Notes: generated by a model not told the origin, from the letters alone. Shown: positions 7,626-18,057, numbered from the stretch's first letter. The stretch is 19,226 nt of DNA from Sandaracinaceae bacterium (GCA_044220955.1 JBGAQA010000116.1:1-19226), one strand, 5' to 3'. Program-made: numbers and translations.

Positions 7626-7660
7626 CCCTCACCCAACCCTCTCCCTCGAGAGGGAGAGGG
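7626..7660 (+). repeat. REP-like palindromic element CCCTCACCCAACCCTCTCCCT-CGAG-AGGGAGAGGG
   Basis: Perfect 10-bp stem (7637-7646 with 7651-7660), 4-nt loop and a CCCTCACCC leader; intergenic. Confidence 0.7.
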
Positions 7661-7692
7661 CTCCGGGCTGTTCGCTGCACGTTGCGGGCACA

Positions 7693-8934
7693 TCAGCGGA
7701 AGGCATAGCCCACGGCGGCGGCAAAGCGATAGCCGCCGTCGGTGCCCTGCGTGCCCTGCCCGATGAACCACGAGCTGCCCTCGACGAACGAGTGCTGGTA
7801 CTGCGTGAAGCCGGCCTCGATCGCGTACGCGAGGCCGAATTCGAGCGTGCCCGAGAGGCTCCCGCCCGCGTCCCAGCCGAAGCTCGCGCCGTCCACGCCG
7901 AACGCCGACGAGAGGCCCTCGCGCCCGAGCAGCGCGCGGTAGCCGCCCTCGAGTCCGATGACGACGGTCTCGCCCATCACGCGGAAGCGCGCGCGCACCG
8001 CGGGCCGCAGGTACGGGTACTCCACCGTCGGCATCGTCTGGTTGTCGGCGAGCTGATAGGCGTCCCAGCCGCCGCCGAAGCCGGCCCCGACCTCCACCAC
8101 CTCGCCGACCGGCACCAGGTAGCCGACGCTGATCCCGAGGCGGTAGAAGCTCGTCGGGAACGACATGCCGTCCGAGCGTCGCGACGAGAGCCCGAGCGCG
8201 CCGGCCACGTCGGCGTACGCGAACACGCCGCGCGCGTAGCTCTGCTCGTGCGCGAGCGGACGCAGCTCCACGCGGCCCCCGAGCTCGAAGTAGGGGCTCG
8301 CGTCGTAGGTGCGCACGCTCGAGTCGGCGAGGTGGATCGTCGCGCTCCGCGAGCGCACCGTCCCCGTCACCACGATCGTCAGGACGGCCGGATCCTCCCC
8401 GAAGCTCGCCGGCTCGGGCTCGGGGGGCGGTGGCGGCGGCGGCGCCTCGCTGACCGGACGCTCGCGCGGGCGGTCGGGCGGGAGCGAGGCGAGCGCGGTG
8501 TCGAGCAGGGCGTCGAGCGCCGCCGCGATCGCGCGCCGCCCCGCCGCCCCGCCGCGCATCCGGGTCGACTGCGTCGCGATGTCGCGCCCGCTCGCGTCCC
8601 GGGCCGTCAGCGCCAGGCGCCGCCGCGCGCCGCGGCCCGTCAGCGCGCCCTGGATGACCAGGCGCACCTGGATCTGGCGGGCGAAGCCCTCGACGCCCGC
8701 CGCCCCGCTCGCTCCGGCGCCGGTCCGCTCGGCCGCGGCGTCCGCGATCCCCTCGTCGGTGACCGTCACGCGCGCCTCGTTTTCCAGGATGGAGATCGCC
8801 GCCCGCCGGGCCGCCGTCCCGCCCGGGCCGCTGAACGGGAGCACCGCGACAGGCACCCGCGGCTGGGCTGCGGCCGTCGCGGCCACGACCGAGACGACGC
8901 CGATCGCCGCCCAGAGCGAGAGAAGCCTACGCAC
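7693..8934 (-). CDS. Exported protein with an N-terminal alpha/beta (TolB-N/CsgG-like) domain, Pro linker and C-terminal outer-membrane beta-barrel (~413 aa)
   Basis: Signal peptide RRLLSLWAAIGVVSVVAATAAA|Q; VAVLPFSG start; poly-Pro linker; amphipathic aromatic-rich strands ending AAAVGYAFR. GTG 8934 inferred as start; the upstream ORF extension is antisense to atpF'. Confidence 0.72.
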   Translation of the reverse strand: MRRLLSLWAAIGVVSVVAATAAAQPRVPVAVLPFSGPGGTAARRAAISILENEARVTVTDEGIADAAAERTGAGASGAAGVEGFARQIQVRLVIQGALTGRGARRRLALTARDASGRDIATQSTRMRGGAAGRRAIAAALDALLDTALASLPPDRPRERPVSEAPPPPPPPEPEPASFGEDPAVLTIVVTGTVRSRSATIHLADSSVRTYDASPYFELGGRVELRPLAHEQSYARGVFAYADVAGALGLSSRRSDGMSFPTSFYRLGISVGYLVPVGEVVEVGAGFGGGWDAYQLADNQTMPTVEYPYLRPAVRARFRVMGETVVIGLEGGYRALLGREGLSSAFGVDGASFGWDAGGSLSGTLEFGLAYAIEAGFTQYQHSFVEGSSWFIGQGTQGTDGGYRFAAAVGYAFR

Positions 8935-9025
8935 GGCGGCCGAGGATAGAGGACTTCGATCCGCCGGGCATTTCCTTTCGCCGTTCGTGCCTGATTTCAT
9001 GGCAGATTCGGCACCCCGGCCGTCC

Positions 9026-9054
9026 TTGACCGGGTGGGGGGCCACTGCTACACA
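9026..9054 (+). promoter_or_regulatory. Putative sigma70-type promoter of the atp operon
   Basis: TTGACC (9026-9031), 17 nt, TACACA (9049-9054) with an extended -10 TG at 9046-9047, about 100 nt upstream of the first atp gene. Confidence 0.5.
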
Positions 9055-9153
9055 GCGCGCGCTCCGCGGCCCCGAGACGGAAGTCCCGGCCGCCGAGGCG
9101 CACGACGAGACCGCCCGCGATGGCGGCATTCGAAGTGCCACGAACGAGGCCTC

Positions 9154-9624
9154 ATGCAGCTTCTTCTCACGAGTGCGTTGCTCTCCGGCGGAGCGCTCAT
9201 CGATCTCGACGGCACGGTCGTCTTCCAGTTCTTCACGTTCGTCGCGGTCTTCGCGGTCCTCTATTTCCTGGTGTTCAAGCCGATGCTCGCGCTCTTCGAC
9301 GCGCGCGAGCAGGCGATCGACGGCGCCAAGGCGGCGGCGAAGAACCTCGAGAAGGACGCCGACTCGGCCCTCGTCGAGTTCGAGGCCAAGGTGAAGGCGG
9401 CCAAGGTCGAGGCGGCGACCGAGCGCGACCGCCTGCGCGCCGACGGTCAGCGCCTCGAGCGCGAGCTCGTCGCGACGGCGCGGCACGAGTCGGAGAAGAC
9501 GCTCGCGGACGCGACCAAGAAGATGAACGAGGAGGCCGAGGCCGTCCGCGCGCACATGGTGCAGAGCGTGCCGGTGATGGCCGGGCAGATCGCCGAGAAG
9601 CTCCTCGGGAGGAAGGCGTCGTGA
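9154..9624 (+). CDS. atpF2: ATP synthase F0 subunit b' (156 aa)
   Basis: IDLDGTVVFQ...LYFLVFKPMLALFDARE..I TM motif followed by a coiled coil, ending IAEKLLGR; first gene of the atp cluster; GAGG upstream of ATG 9154. Confidence 0.9.
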   Translation: MQLLLTSALLSGGALIDLDGTVVFQFFTFVAVFAVLYFLVFKPMLALFDAREQAIDGAKAAAKNLEKDADSALVEFEAKVKAAKVEAATERDRLRADGQRLERELVATARHESEKTLADATKKMNEEAEAVRAHMVQSVPVMAGQIAEKLLGRKAS

Positions 9625-10313
9625 TGCGCAGGATCGCCATCGTGATCGCGCTGATCGCGGTCACCTCCGGCGGCTTCGCTGCGATCGCCTCCGCTCAGCA
9701 CGACGAGGAAGGCCACGGCGAGCACGGCGGCGAGGCGGGAGCCGAAGAGGGCGGCGAGCACGCCGAGCACGGCGCGCCCGAGCTCTTCTGGACCGAGAGC
9801 GGTCCGGACGGCGAGCCGGCCCTGGCAGGTCGTTTCCTCGCGTTCTTCATCTGGGCCGGGATCCTCGTCTACTTCGGGCGCAAGCCGCTCTCGGAGTTCC
9901 TCGTCGCGCGCCGCAAGGCGATCGTGGACGGGCTGGAGGAGGCCAAGCGCATCGAGGCCGAGGCGACCGCCAAGCACGAGGAATACACCGCTCGCATCGA
10001 GAACCTCGACGCCGAGATCGCCAAGCTCCGCAAGGAGTTCGAGCGCGCGGGCATGGAAGAGCGCGATCGCATGGTCGCCGCCGCCGCCGACAAGGCGCAC
10101 AAGCTCCACGCCGAGGCGCACTTCCTCGTCCAGCAGCAGCTCAAGACGCTGCGCGAGGATCTGACGCGGGAGGCGATCGAGGCGGCCGTCGGCGCGGCCG
10201 AGAAGATCCTCCGTGAGCGCTCGACCGGGGCCGATCAGCAGCGCCTGGCCGACGACTACCTCGCCCGCCTGCGCGCCTCGGTCGAGCGCGGTACCACCAA
10301 GGGAGCGAGCTGA
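9624..10313 (+). CDS. atpF: ATP synthase F0 subunit b with N-terminal signal-like and His/Glu-rich extension (229 aa)
   Basis: FFIWAGILVYFGRKPLSEFLVARRKAI..GLEEA, coiled coil, DQQRLADDYL; TGATG overlaps with both neighbours. Confidence 0.92.
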   Translation: MRRIAIVIALIAVTSGGFAAIASAQHDEEGHGEHGGEAGAEEGGEHAEHGAPELFWTESGPDGEPALAGRFLAFFIWAGILVYFGRKPLSEFLVARRKAIVDGLEEAKRIEAEATAKHEEYTARIENLDAEIAKLRKEFERAGMEERDRMVAAAADKAHKLHAEAHFLVQQQLKTLREDLTREAIEAAVGAAEKILRERSTGADQQRLADDYLARLRASVERGTTKGAS

Positions 10314-10855
10314 TGAGCGCGGTCGCACGTCGCTACGCGAGGGCGCTCTACGACCTCGCGAGGGAAGAGAACGGGGTCGAGCGCGTCCAGCGCGAGCTCA
10401 CCGCGATCGCCGACGCCTGGGACGGCAGCGCCGAGCTGCGCGGTATCTTCGAGAACCCGGCGTTCTCGCCCGACGCGCGCAAGTCGGTCGCGCAGGCGAT
10501 CGGGCAGCGCGTCGGCGCCAGCCGGATCGTGCTGAACGCGCTCGGCATGCTCGCCGACCGCCGCCGCATGAAGAACGTGCGCGAGATCGCCGACGCCTTC
10601 GTGGCCAAGGTCGAGACGGCCTCCGGCCGCGTGCGCGCCGAGGTGACGACGGCGGCGCCGCTCCCGGACGCGTACTACGTCGAGCTCGCCAAGGTGCTGA
10701 CGAGCGCCATCGGTCGCGACGTCTCGATCACGAAGAAGGTGGATCCGTCGCTCATCGGCGGCGTCGTCACCCGGATCGGCGACACCGTGTACGACGGCTC
10801 GCTGCTCTACCGCCTCGAGGACATCAAGAACGACCTGCTCAGCGGATCGCGCTGA
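10313..10855 (+). CDS. atpH: ATP synthase F1 subunit delta (180 aa)
   Basis: [18 protein letters not shown] and [21 protein letters not shown] motifs. Confidence 0.96.
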   Translation: MSAVARRYARALYDLAREENGVERVQRELTAIADAWDGSAELRGIFENPAFSPDARKSVAQAIGQRVGASRIVLNALGMLADRRRMKNVREIADAFVAKVETASGRVRAEVTTAAPLPDAYYVELAKVLTSAIGRDVSITKKVDPSLIGGVVTRIGDTVYDGSLLYRLEDIKNDLLSGSR

Positions 10856-10880
10856 CGCTACCGAGAACCAGGGACAGGGA

Positions 10881-12635
<1,755 letters not shown>

Positions 12636-12659
12636 CGTCCGCTCCGAGGAGAATCTCCC

Positions 12660-13556
12660 GTGCCCAGCCTGAAGGCGATCCGCAAGCGGATCGGAAGCGT
12701 GAAGAACACGCAGAAGATCACCAAGGCCATGAAGATGGTCGCGGCGGCGCGCCTGCGTCGTGCGCAGCAGAACATCACCGAGCTGCGCCCCTACGCCATC
12801 AAGACGCTCGAGGTGCTCTCGAGCGTCGCTGCGCGCGCGGGCGAAGAAGAGGTGCACCCGCTCCTGGCGCGTCGCGCGCCGAAGAAGGTGCTGCTCGTCG
12901 TGCTCACGAGCGACCGTGGCCTCGCGGGCGCGTTCAACGCGAGCATCAGCAAGGCGAGCTACCGGAAGTGGAAGGAGCTCGAGGCGGCGGGCATCGCGGT
13001 GAGCTTCGCGGTCATCGGCCGCAAGGGCCGCGACTTCCTGCGCCGTCGCGGCGCCGACATCGCGTTCGAGTTCACCGGCGTGTTCGAGACGCTGGCCGTT
13101 CCGGCCAAGGGCATCGCGAAGGCGGGCGAGATCGGCCGCTCGATCGTCGGCGAGTACAAGTTCGAGGGCTACGACGCCGTCTACCTCTGTTACAACGAGT
13201 TCAAGAGCGCGATCAGCCAGAAGGTCGTCATCGAGCCGCTGGTTCCGATCACCGTCGCGGTCGATCCCCACGCCGGACTCGTGCCCCAGACGAACGTGGA
13301 CTTCATCTACGAGCCCTCCAAGGAGGCGCTGCTCGATCGCCTGCTTCCCATGTACGTCGAGATCGAGGTCCTGCGCGCGCTGCTCGAGTCGTTCGCCTCC
13401 GAGCACGGCGCTCGCATGACCGCGATGGACAACGCGACGAAGAACGCCTCCGAGATGATCGACAAGCTCACGCTCGTGTACAACCGCGCGCGCCAGGCGG
13501 CGATCACGAAGGAGCTCATGGAGATCATCGGCGGCGCCGAGGCGCTCAAGGGCTGA
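12660..13556 (+). CDS. atpG: ATP synthase F1 subunit gamma (298 aa)
   Basis: KITKAMKMVAAA, TSDRGL.GAFN, ASEHGARMTAMDNAT.NA and YNRARQAAIT.EL.EI; GAGGAG Shine-Dalgarno before the GTG start. Confidence 0.99.
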   Translation: MPSLKAIRKRIGSVKNTQKITKAMKMVAAARLRRAQQNITELRPYAIKTLEVLSSVAARAGEEEVHPLLARRAPKKVLLVVLTSDRGLAGAFNASISKASYRKWKELEAAGIAVSFAVIGRKGRDFLRRRGADIAFEFTGVFETLAVPAKGIAKAGEIGRSIVGEYKFEGYDAVYLCYNEFKSAISQKVVIEPLVPITVAVDPHAGLVPQTNVDFIYEPSKEALLDRLLPMYVEIEVLRALLESFASEHGARMTAMDNATKNASEMIDKLTLVYNRARQAAITKELMEIIGGAEALKG

Positions 13557-13584
13557 GCGCTTCGCCCCGGGGCGCCGACGCCTA

Positions 13585-14100
13585 TCAGGGCATCCCCTCG
13601 GTGATGCAGATGCCGACGCCGTTCGGGAGCGGCGCGCCGCTGCCGTCGCCGAGGCGCACGTAGACCCACGCGGGCACGGTGCAGTCCGAAGGCGCGCAGG
13701 CAAGCCCGCGACAGGTGCCGCTCGCGCCGTCCGGCACGCACACGGTGCCCGGCGCGCAGGACGACGCCTCCGCGCAGGGGGTCCCCGCGGGCGCGACCCC
13801 GGCGGGGACGCACTCGCTCGCGCCCGGGCCCGGGACGCACGCCTGGCCTGCGGGACAGTCCTGCGCGAGCAGGTCGCAGCCGCCCCCGTAAGCGCAGGGA
13901 CGTCCGGCGTCCGCGCTCGCCGCGCCGTCCGCTGAGGCGTCCGCACCGGCGTCGCGCTCGGGGCCCGCGTCGGACCCCGTGCCGCCCGTGTCCGCCGTAG
14001 CTGCGGCACCGTCCGGGGCGCCGCCGCCCGGCCCGCAGGCGCCGAGCGCGAGGACGAGTCCGACACCGAGCGTGATCCGGGCCACGCCCCATCGTCGCAC
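13585..14100 (-). CDS. Cysteine-rich putative lipoprotein (~171 aa; start could be GTG 14085)
   Basis: Lipobox LVLALGA|C, a D-A-G-rich linker, then 12 cysteines (CDLLAQDCPAGQAC...C..G..C) in a pattern common in myxobacterial surface proteins. Confidence 0.78.
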   Translation of the reverse strand: MRRWGVARITLGVGLVLALGACGPGGGAPDGAAATADTGGTGSDAGPERDAGADASADGAASADAGRPCAYGGGCDLLAQDCPAGQACVPGPGASECVPAGVAPAGTPCAEASSCAPGTVCVPDGASGTCRGLACAPSDCTVPAWVYVRLGDGSGAPLPNGVGICITEGMP

Positions 14101-14131
14101 GGACCCGTCATCGTGGTATCTGGCCGAGGTC

Positions 14132-15106
14132 GTGGCTCGTGCCCTTCGCCCCGTCCGCTCCCTCCCGTCGCTCGCGCTGATCGCGCTGATCGCGCTCGCG
14201 CTGGCTCCGCACGCGCGCGGGCAGACCGTGCACTGCGCCACCGGCTACGCGTGCGAGCCCGACGACGAGTGGCGCTTCGAGGAGCCTGACCGGCACGTGA
14301 AGGTCGTGCTGCTCGCCGGCTCGATCGGCGCGTTCCAGGACGGCCCCTACGCACACTTGCTCCACGAGTGGTGCGGCAACGTGGAGATCCGCAACCTCTC
14401 TCGGGTCGGCTACGGCGCGCAGCAGCTCCACGGCGTGTTCCAGCGGGAGGTGCTGCGCCACCGTGGTTTTCCGTGGAGCGATCCGAGCCTCGAGCTCTGG
14501 CTGCTCTGGAACGGCGGGCTGAACAGCGCCGTCGCGCCCGCGCGCACCAACCGCTACATCCGCCGCGCCTTCGTCGACGCTCACGCGCGGCACATGCGCG
14601 TCGTGGGGCTCTCGCTGACGCCCTGGGGCGCCCTCGACGACGCGCGCTGGACCGGGGCGCGGGCGCTCGAGACACACGACAGCACACAGCGCATCGTGGA
14701 CTTCGTCATGGGGCGCGGGAGCCCGGCCGAGCTGCTCGGAGGCTTCGCGAGCGATCGCGGCGCGGCCCCGGCCGGCTACCAGCCGGACGAGTCCGCCGAG
14801 GTGCGCGTGGACCTGCTCGACTCGGACCTGCGCGATCGCGGCGCCCGGCCGCGCGAGCTGGCCGAGATGCGCCGGCTCGTGTCGCGTGACGGGCGCTGGC
14901 GCCACGCGTTCGGCGCGCTGCCCGACGAGGCCCGCGCGGCGCGCCTCGACGCGGACGCCGCGCGTCTGGCGGAGATCGGGCGATGGTTCCTGCGTCCCGA
15001 GCTGCGCAGCTTCGACGACGTCCACCCGAACCGCCAGGGCCACCGGCGCATCGCCGAGCTCGTGTGCCCGAGCCTGCCTGCCAGCTGGGGCTGCCGGTGC
15101 CCGTGA
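14132..15106 (+). CDS. Exported SGNH/GDSL-like hydrolase (~324 aa)
   Basis: Signal peptide ending AHARG-like APHARG|Q; block I VLLAGSIG, block II NLSRVG, block III GGLNS and block V DDVHPN..GH..IA. Confidence 0.72.
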   Translation: MARALRPVRSLPSLALIALIALALAPHARGQTVHCATGYACEPDDEWRFEEPDRHVKVVLLAGSIGAFQDGPYAHLLHEWCGNVEIRNLSRVGYGAQQLHGVFQREVLRHRGFPWSDPSLELWLLWNGGLNSAVAPARTNRYIRRAFVDAHARHMRVVGLSLTPWGALDDARWTGARALETHDSTQRIVDFVMGRGSPAELLGGFASDRGAAPAGYQPDESAEVRVDLLDSDLRDRGARPRELAEMRRLVSRDGRWRHAFGALPDEARAARLDADAARLAEIGRWFLRPELRSFDDVHPNRQGHRRIAELVCPSLPASWGCRCP

Positions 15107-15113
15107 AGGAGCG

Positions 15114-15941
15114 ATGCCGATGATCGTCGATGCGTGGATCCAGCACCCCACCGGCACGTTCGCGCGCCATCCGATGTTCGCGTCACTCAACCGCTGGCGT
15201 GGCGCCGATCCGAGCACGCTCCCCGAGACGATCCCGATCGAGCTCACGCTCGGCGCGATGGACGCGGCGAAGGTCGACCGTGCGATCGTCTCCGCGTGGT
15301 GGGGCCCCGAGGGCGCGATGCTGAGCAACGACCACGTCGCGGCCGTCGTGCGGAGCCACCCGGAGCGCTTCGTCGGCGTCGCCTCGGTCGACCTCTCGCG
15401 GCCGATGGAGGCGGTGCGCGAGCTGCGCCGCGCGGTGCGCCAGCTCGGGCTGCGGGGGTTGCGGATGCTCCCGTGGCTCTGGAACCTCCCTCCGAACGAC
15501 CGCCGGTACTACCCGCTCTACGCCGAGTGCGTGGAGCTCGGAATCCCCTTCTGCCTGCAGGTCGGGCACACGGGCCCGATGCGTCCGTCGGAGCCGGGGA
15601 GGCCCATCCCGTACCTCGACGAGGTGGCGCTCGACTTCCCCGAGCTCACCATCGTCGGTGGCCACATCGGATATCCGTGGACCGTCGAGATGATCGCCCT
15701 CGCGACGAAGTACCCGAACGTCCACATCGACACCTCGGCGTACAAGACGAGCCGCTACCCGCGCGACCTCGTCGACTACATGCGCGGACACGGCCGCAAG
15801 AAGGTTCTCTTCGGCAGCAACTTCCCCATGATCACGCCGGCAGAGTGTCTCGCGGGGCTCGACGCGCTCGAGCTGCCCGACGAGGCGCGCGCGCTCTTCC
15901 TCGGCGGCAACGCGCAGCGCGTGTTCCGGCTCGAGCGCTGA
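15114..15941 (+). CDS. Amidohydrolase family protein (Amidohydro_2 type, 275 aa)
   Basis: SNDHVA..V..HPERF, YYPLYAECVELGIP...QVGHTGP, VALDFPELTIVGGHIGYPW, NVHIDTSAY and KVLFGSNFP; AAGGAG Shine-Dalgarno. Confidence 0.93.
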   Translation: MPMIVDAWIQHPTGTFARHPMFASLNRWRGADPSTLPETIPIELTLGAMDAAKVDRAIVSAWWGPEGAMLSNDHVAAVVRSHPERFVGVASVDLSRPMEAVRELRRAVRQLGLRGLRMLPWLWNLPPNDRRYYPLYAECVELGIPFCLQVGHTGPMRPSEPGRPIPYLDEVALDFPELTIVGGHIGYPWTVEMIALATKYPNVHIDTSAYKTSRYPRDLVDYMRGHGRKKVLFGSNFPMITPAECLAGLDALELPDEARALFLGGNAQRVFRLER

Positions 15942-15990
15942 GGGTCGTCGCGGCGCCGTGCTGGACCGCGTGCTCCCGGCTGGACCGGCC

Positions 15991-16368
15991 CTACATCATC
16001 ATCGAGGGCGTGGGGCGCATCCCGATGTCGACGCGGCGCTCGGGCGTGTCGAAGTACACGCTGCGCTCGGCGTCCACGAAGCCGGGCGCGGAGGCGCGCA
16101 CCTGGCCGAAGCGGGACCGCGAGAGCACCTGCATGCGGTACCTGCCGTCGCCGCTCGAGGTGGTCGTGAACACGTCACCGACGTCGGAGGTGAACCGGAC
16201 GGTCGCCCCCGCGACGGGGGTCGCCGACACGCCGGACTCGAGCGTCTGCGTGATGCGGCCCGAGAGCGAGTACGTGTCGCCCACCGCCCCGGGCACGCAC
16301 GACGGCAGCAGCGCGCCCGCGACGAGCACGAAGAGAGGAACCGCGAGCCAGCTGCGCTGTCCTTGCAC
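15991..16368 (-). CDS. Lipoprotein with a carboxypeptidase-regulatory-like (prealbumin-fold) domain (~125 aa)
   Basis: Lipobox LLPS|C; pattern LSGRI...PVAGATV...TT..DGRY...V.ASAPGF. Confidence 0.78.
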   Translation of the reverse strand: MQGQRSWLAVPLFVLVAGALLPSCVPGAVGDTYSLSGRITQTLESGVSATPVAGATVRFTSDVGDVFTTTSSGDGRYRMQVLSRSRFGQVRASAPGFVDAERSVYFDTPERRVDIGMRPTPSMMM

Positions 16369-16439
16369 GCGTGAATCATAGCGAAGGGATCGTCCCGGGG
16401 GCAGTCGTTCGTTCGCGGTCGGGGTACGCTCCCCCGTCC

Positions 16440-17141
16440 GTGAGCACGCCTCTGTTCCGCATCGACGATCGCGCCCGTCCTTCACCCTCGCTCGCGCGCT
16501 TCGCCCTCGGGCCGGTCTCGCTCGTCGTGGCGTTCGGCCTGTACTACGGCGGCTTCGTGGGGCAGCTGCCCGCGATGTGCATCGTCGGGGCGGGCCTCGT
16601 CGCGTTCCAGTGGGCGAGCGTGCTCGCGAACGGCTCGCGCGACGCGTACGACCGCGCGGCGATCGGTCTGCTCTCGAGGGGCAAGGCGAGCGAGCTGGGC
16701 GCGCGCCTCGAGGCTGCGCTGCCCTTCCGGATCTTCGGGCCCGCGGCCGAGCACGCGGCCCGGCTCGGCGCGGTGCAGAGCGCGCTCGGGCAGAAGGAGG
16801 AGGCCGCGCGGTCCTGGGCGAAGGCCGTCGCCGGCTACCGTGGGGGTGCGGTCCCGCGCGCGGTGGCGCTCGGCTTCGCCGGCGCGGCGCTCGACGCCGG
16901 CTGGAACCGCGACGCCTCGCGCGCGTACCGGGCCCTCTTCGACGGCGATCCGGACCTGCCGCGGGTCCGTGTCCGGCTCGCCCGCTCGCTCGCCGCGCTC
17001 GGCGAGGATCTCGACGAGGTCGACGCGCTCCTCGCCGCCGAGGAGCGGCACGGCGGTGACGCCGGCGAGATCGCGGCGGCGCGGGCCGCGCGGCAGGACG
17101 CCGGAGCCCCTACGAAGAAGAAGCGGAAGAAGGGCCGCTGA
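16440..17141 (+). CDS. Hypothetical membrane protein with two N-terminal TM helices and a TPR-like helical domain (~233 aa)
   Basis: Two hydrophobic segments, then LGAVQSALGQKEEAARSWAKAV and A..LA.LGE.LDE TPR-like patterns; basic C-terminus. GTG 16440 inferred as start. Confidence 0.68.
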   Translation: MSTPLFRIDDRARPSPSLARFALGPVSLVVAFGLYYGGFVGQLPAMCIVGAGLVAFQWASVLANGSRDAYDRAAIGLLSRGKASELGARLEAALPFRIFGPAAEHAARLGAVQSALGQKEEAARSWAKAVAGYRGGAVPRAVALGFAGAALDAGWNRDASRAYRALFDGDPDLPRVRVRLARSLAALGEDLDEVDALLAAEERHGGDAGEIAAARAARQDAGAPTKKKRKKGR

Positions 17142-18057
17142 CGAAGCGTGCGACACGCTCGAGCGCGACCGGATCGTCGGGGCGCTCGATGCGCAGGGCG
17201 TCCTCGTGGTGGCCCCACCAGGTGCGCTGACGGCGGGCGTAGATCCGGGTCGCCCGGGTGATCGCGGCGGGCAGCGCCTCTTCCGCGAGCTCGCCGGCGA
17301 GGAAGGCGCGTGCTTCCTTGTATCCCACGGCCTCCATCGCGCGCACGCTCGGACCCCATCGCTCGAGCAGGCGCCGCGTCTCGTCGACCAGCCCGCGTTC
17401 GAGCATCGCCCGCGTCCGCGCCTCCATCCGCGCCGCCATCTCGTCCCGCGGGCGATCGATCAGGATCACGAGCGCCTCGTAGCGCGGCGCCCCGAGCGCG
17501 TGCTGCGCGCGCAGCTCGCCCAGCGGCTCGCCCGTCTGGGCGTGGACCTCGAGCGCGCGCACGATGCGCAGCCGGTCGTTCGGGTGGATCGCGGCCGCGG
17601 CTCTCGGGTCGAGGGTCGAGAGGCGCGCGTGGAGCGAGGCCGATCCGGCCACGTCGGCCTCCGCCTCGAGCGCCTTGCGGATCGCGGCGTCGGGCTCGGG
17701 CAGCGTCACCAGCCCGCGGAGCAGCGCGCGCAGCCAGAGCCCGGTCCCCCCGACGACGATCGGGATCTTCGCGCGCGCCGCCACGCCCTCGATCGCCGCG
17801 TCCGCGAGCGCGGCGTAGCGCACGGCGTCGATCGGCTCGTCGGGATCGATCACGTCGAGCAGGTGGTGCGCGACCCCGCGCAGCTCGTCCCGTGCCGGCT
17901 TGGCGGAGCCGATGTCGAAGCCGCGATACACCTGCACGCTGTCGGCGCCGATCAGCTCGCCCCCGTGCGCTCGCGCGAGGCCGAGCGCGAGCTCGGTCTT
18001 GCCTGCGGCGGTCGGTCCGCTCACGACCACGAGGCGCGGCCTCTCGCCGTTCGTCAC
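17110..18057 (-). CDS. miaA: tRNA dimethylallyltransferase (315 aa)
   Basis: GPTAAGKT P-loop, ADSVQVY, DIGSAKP, HHLLD, VGGTGLW, IHPND..RI.RALEV and YARRQRTW; GTGA overlap with the mutL stop; conserved mutL-miaA order. Confidence 0.97.
   Translation of the reverse strand: MTNGERPRLVVVSGPTAAGKTELALGLARAHGGELIGADSVQVYRGFDIGSAKPARDELRGVAHHLLDVIDPDEPIDAVRYAALADAAIEGVAARAKIPIVVGGTGLWLRALLRGLVTLPEPDAAIRKALEAEADVAGSASLHARLSTLDPRAAAAIHPNDRLRIVRALEVHAQTGEPLGELRAQHALGAPRYEALVILIDRPRDEMAARMEARTRAMLERGLVDETRRLLERWGPSVRAMEAVGYKEARAFLAGELAEEALPAAITRATRIYARRQRTWWGHHEDALRIERPDDPVALERVARFVSGPSSASSS

Noticed and set aside
13563..13574. Palindrome CGCCCCGGGGCG after atpG as an intrinsic terminator
   Set aside because: Short stem and no U-tract on either strand; such palindromes are expected by chance at this GC content.
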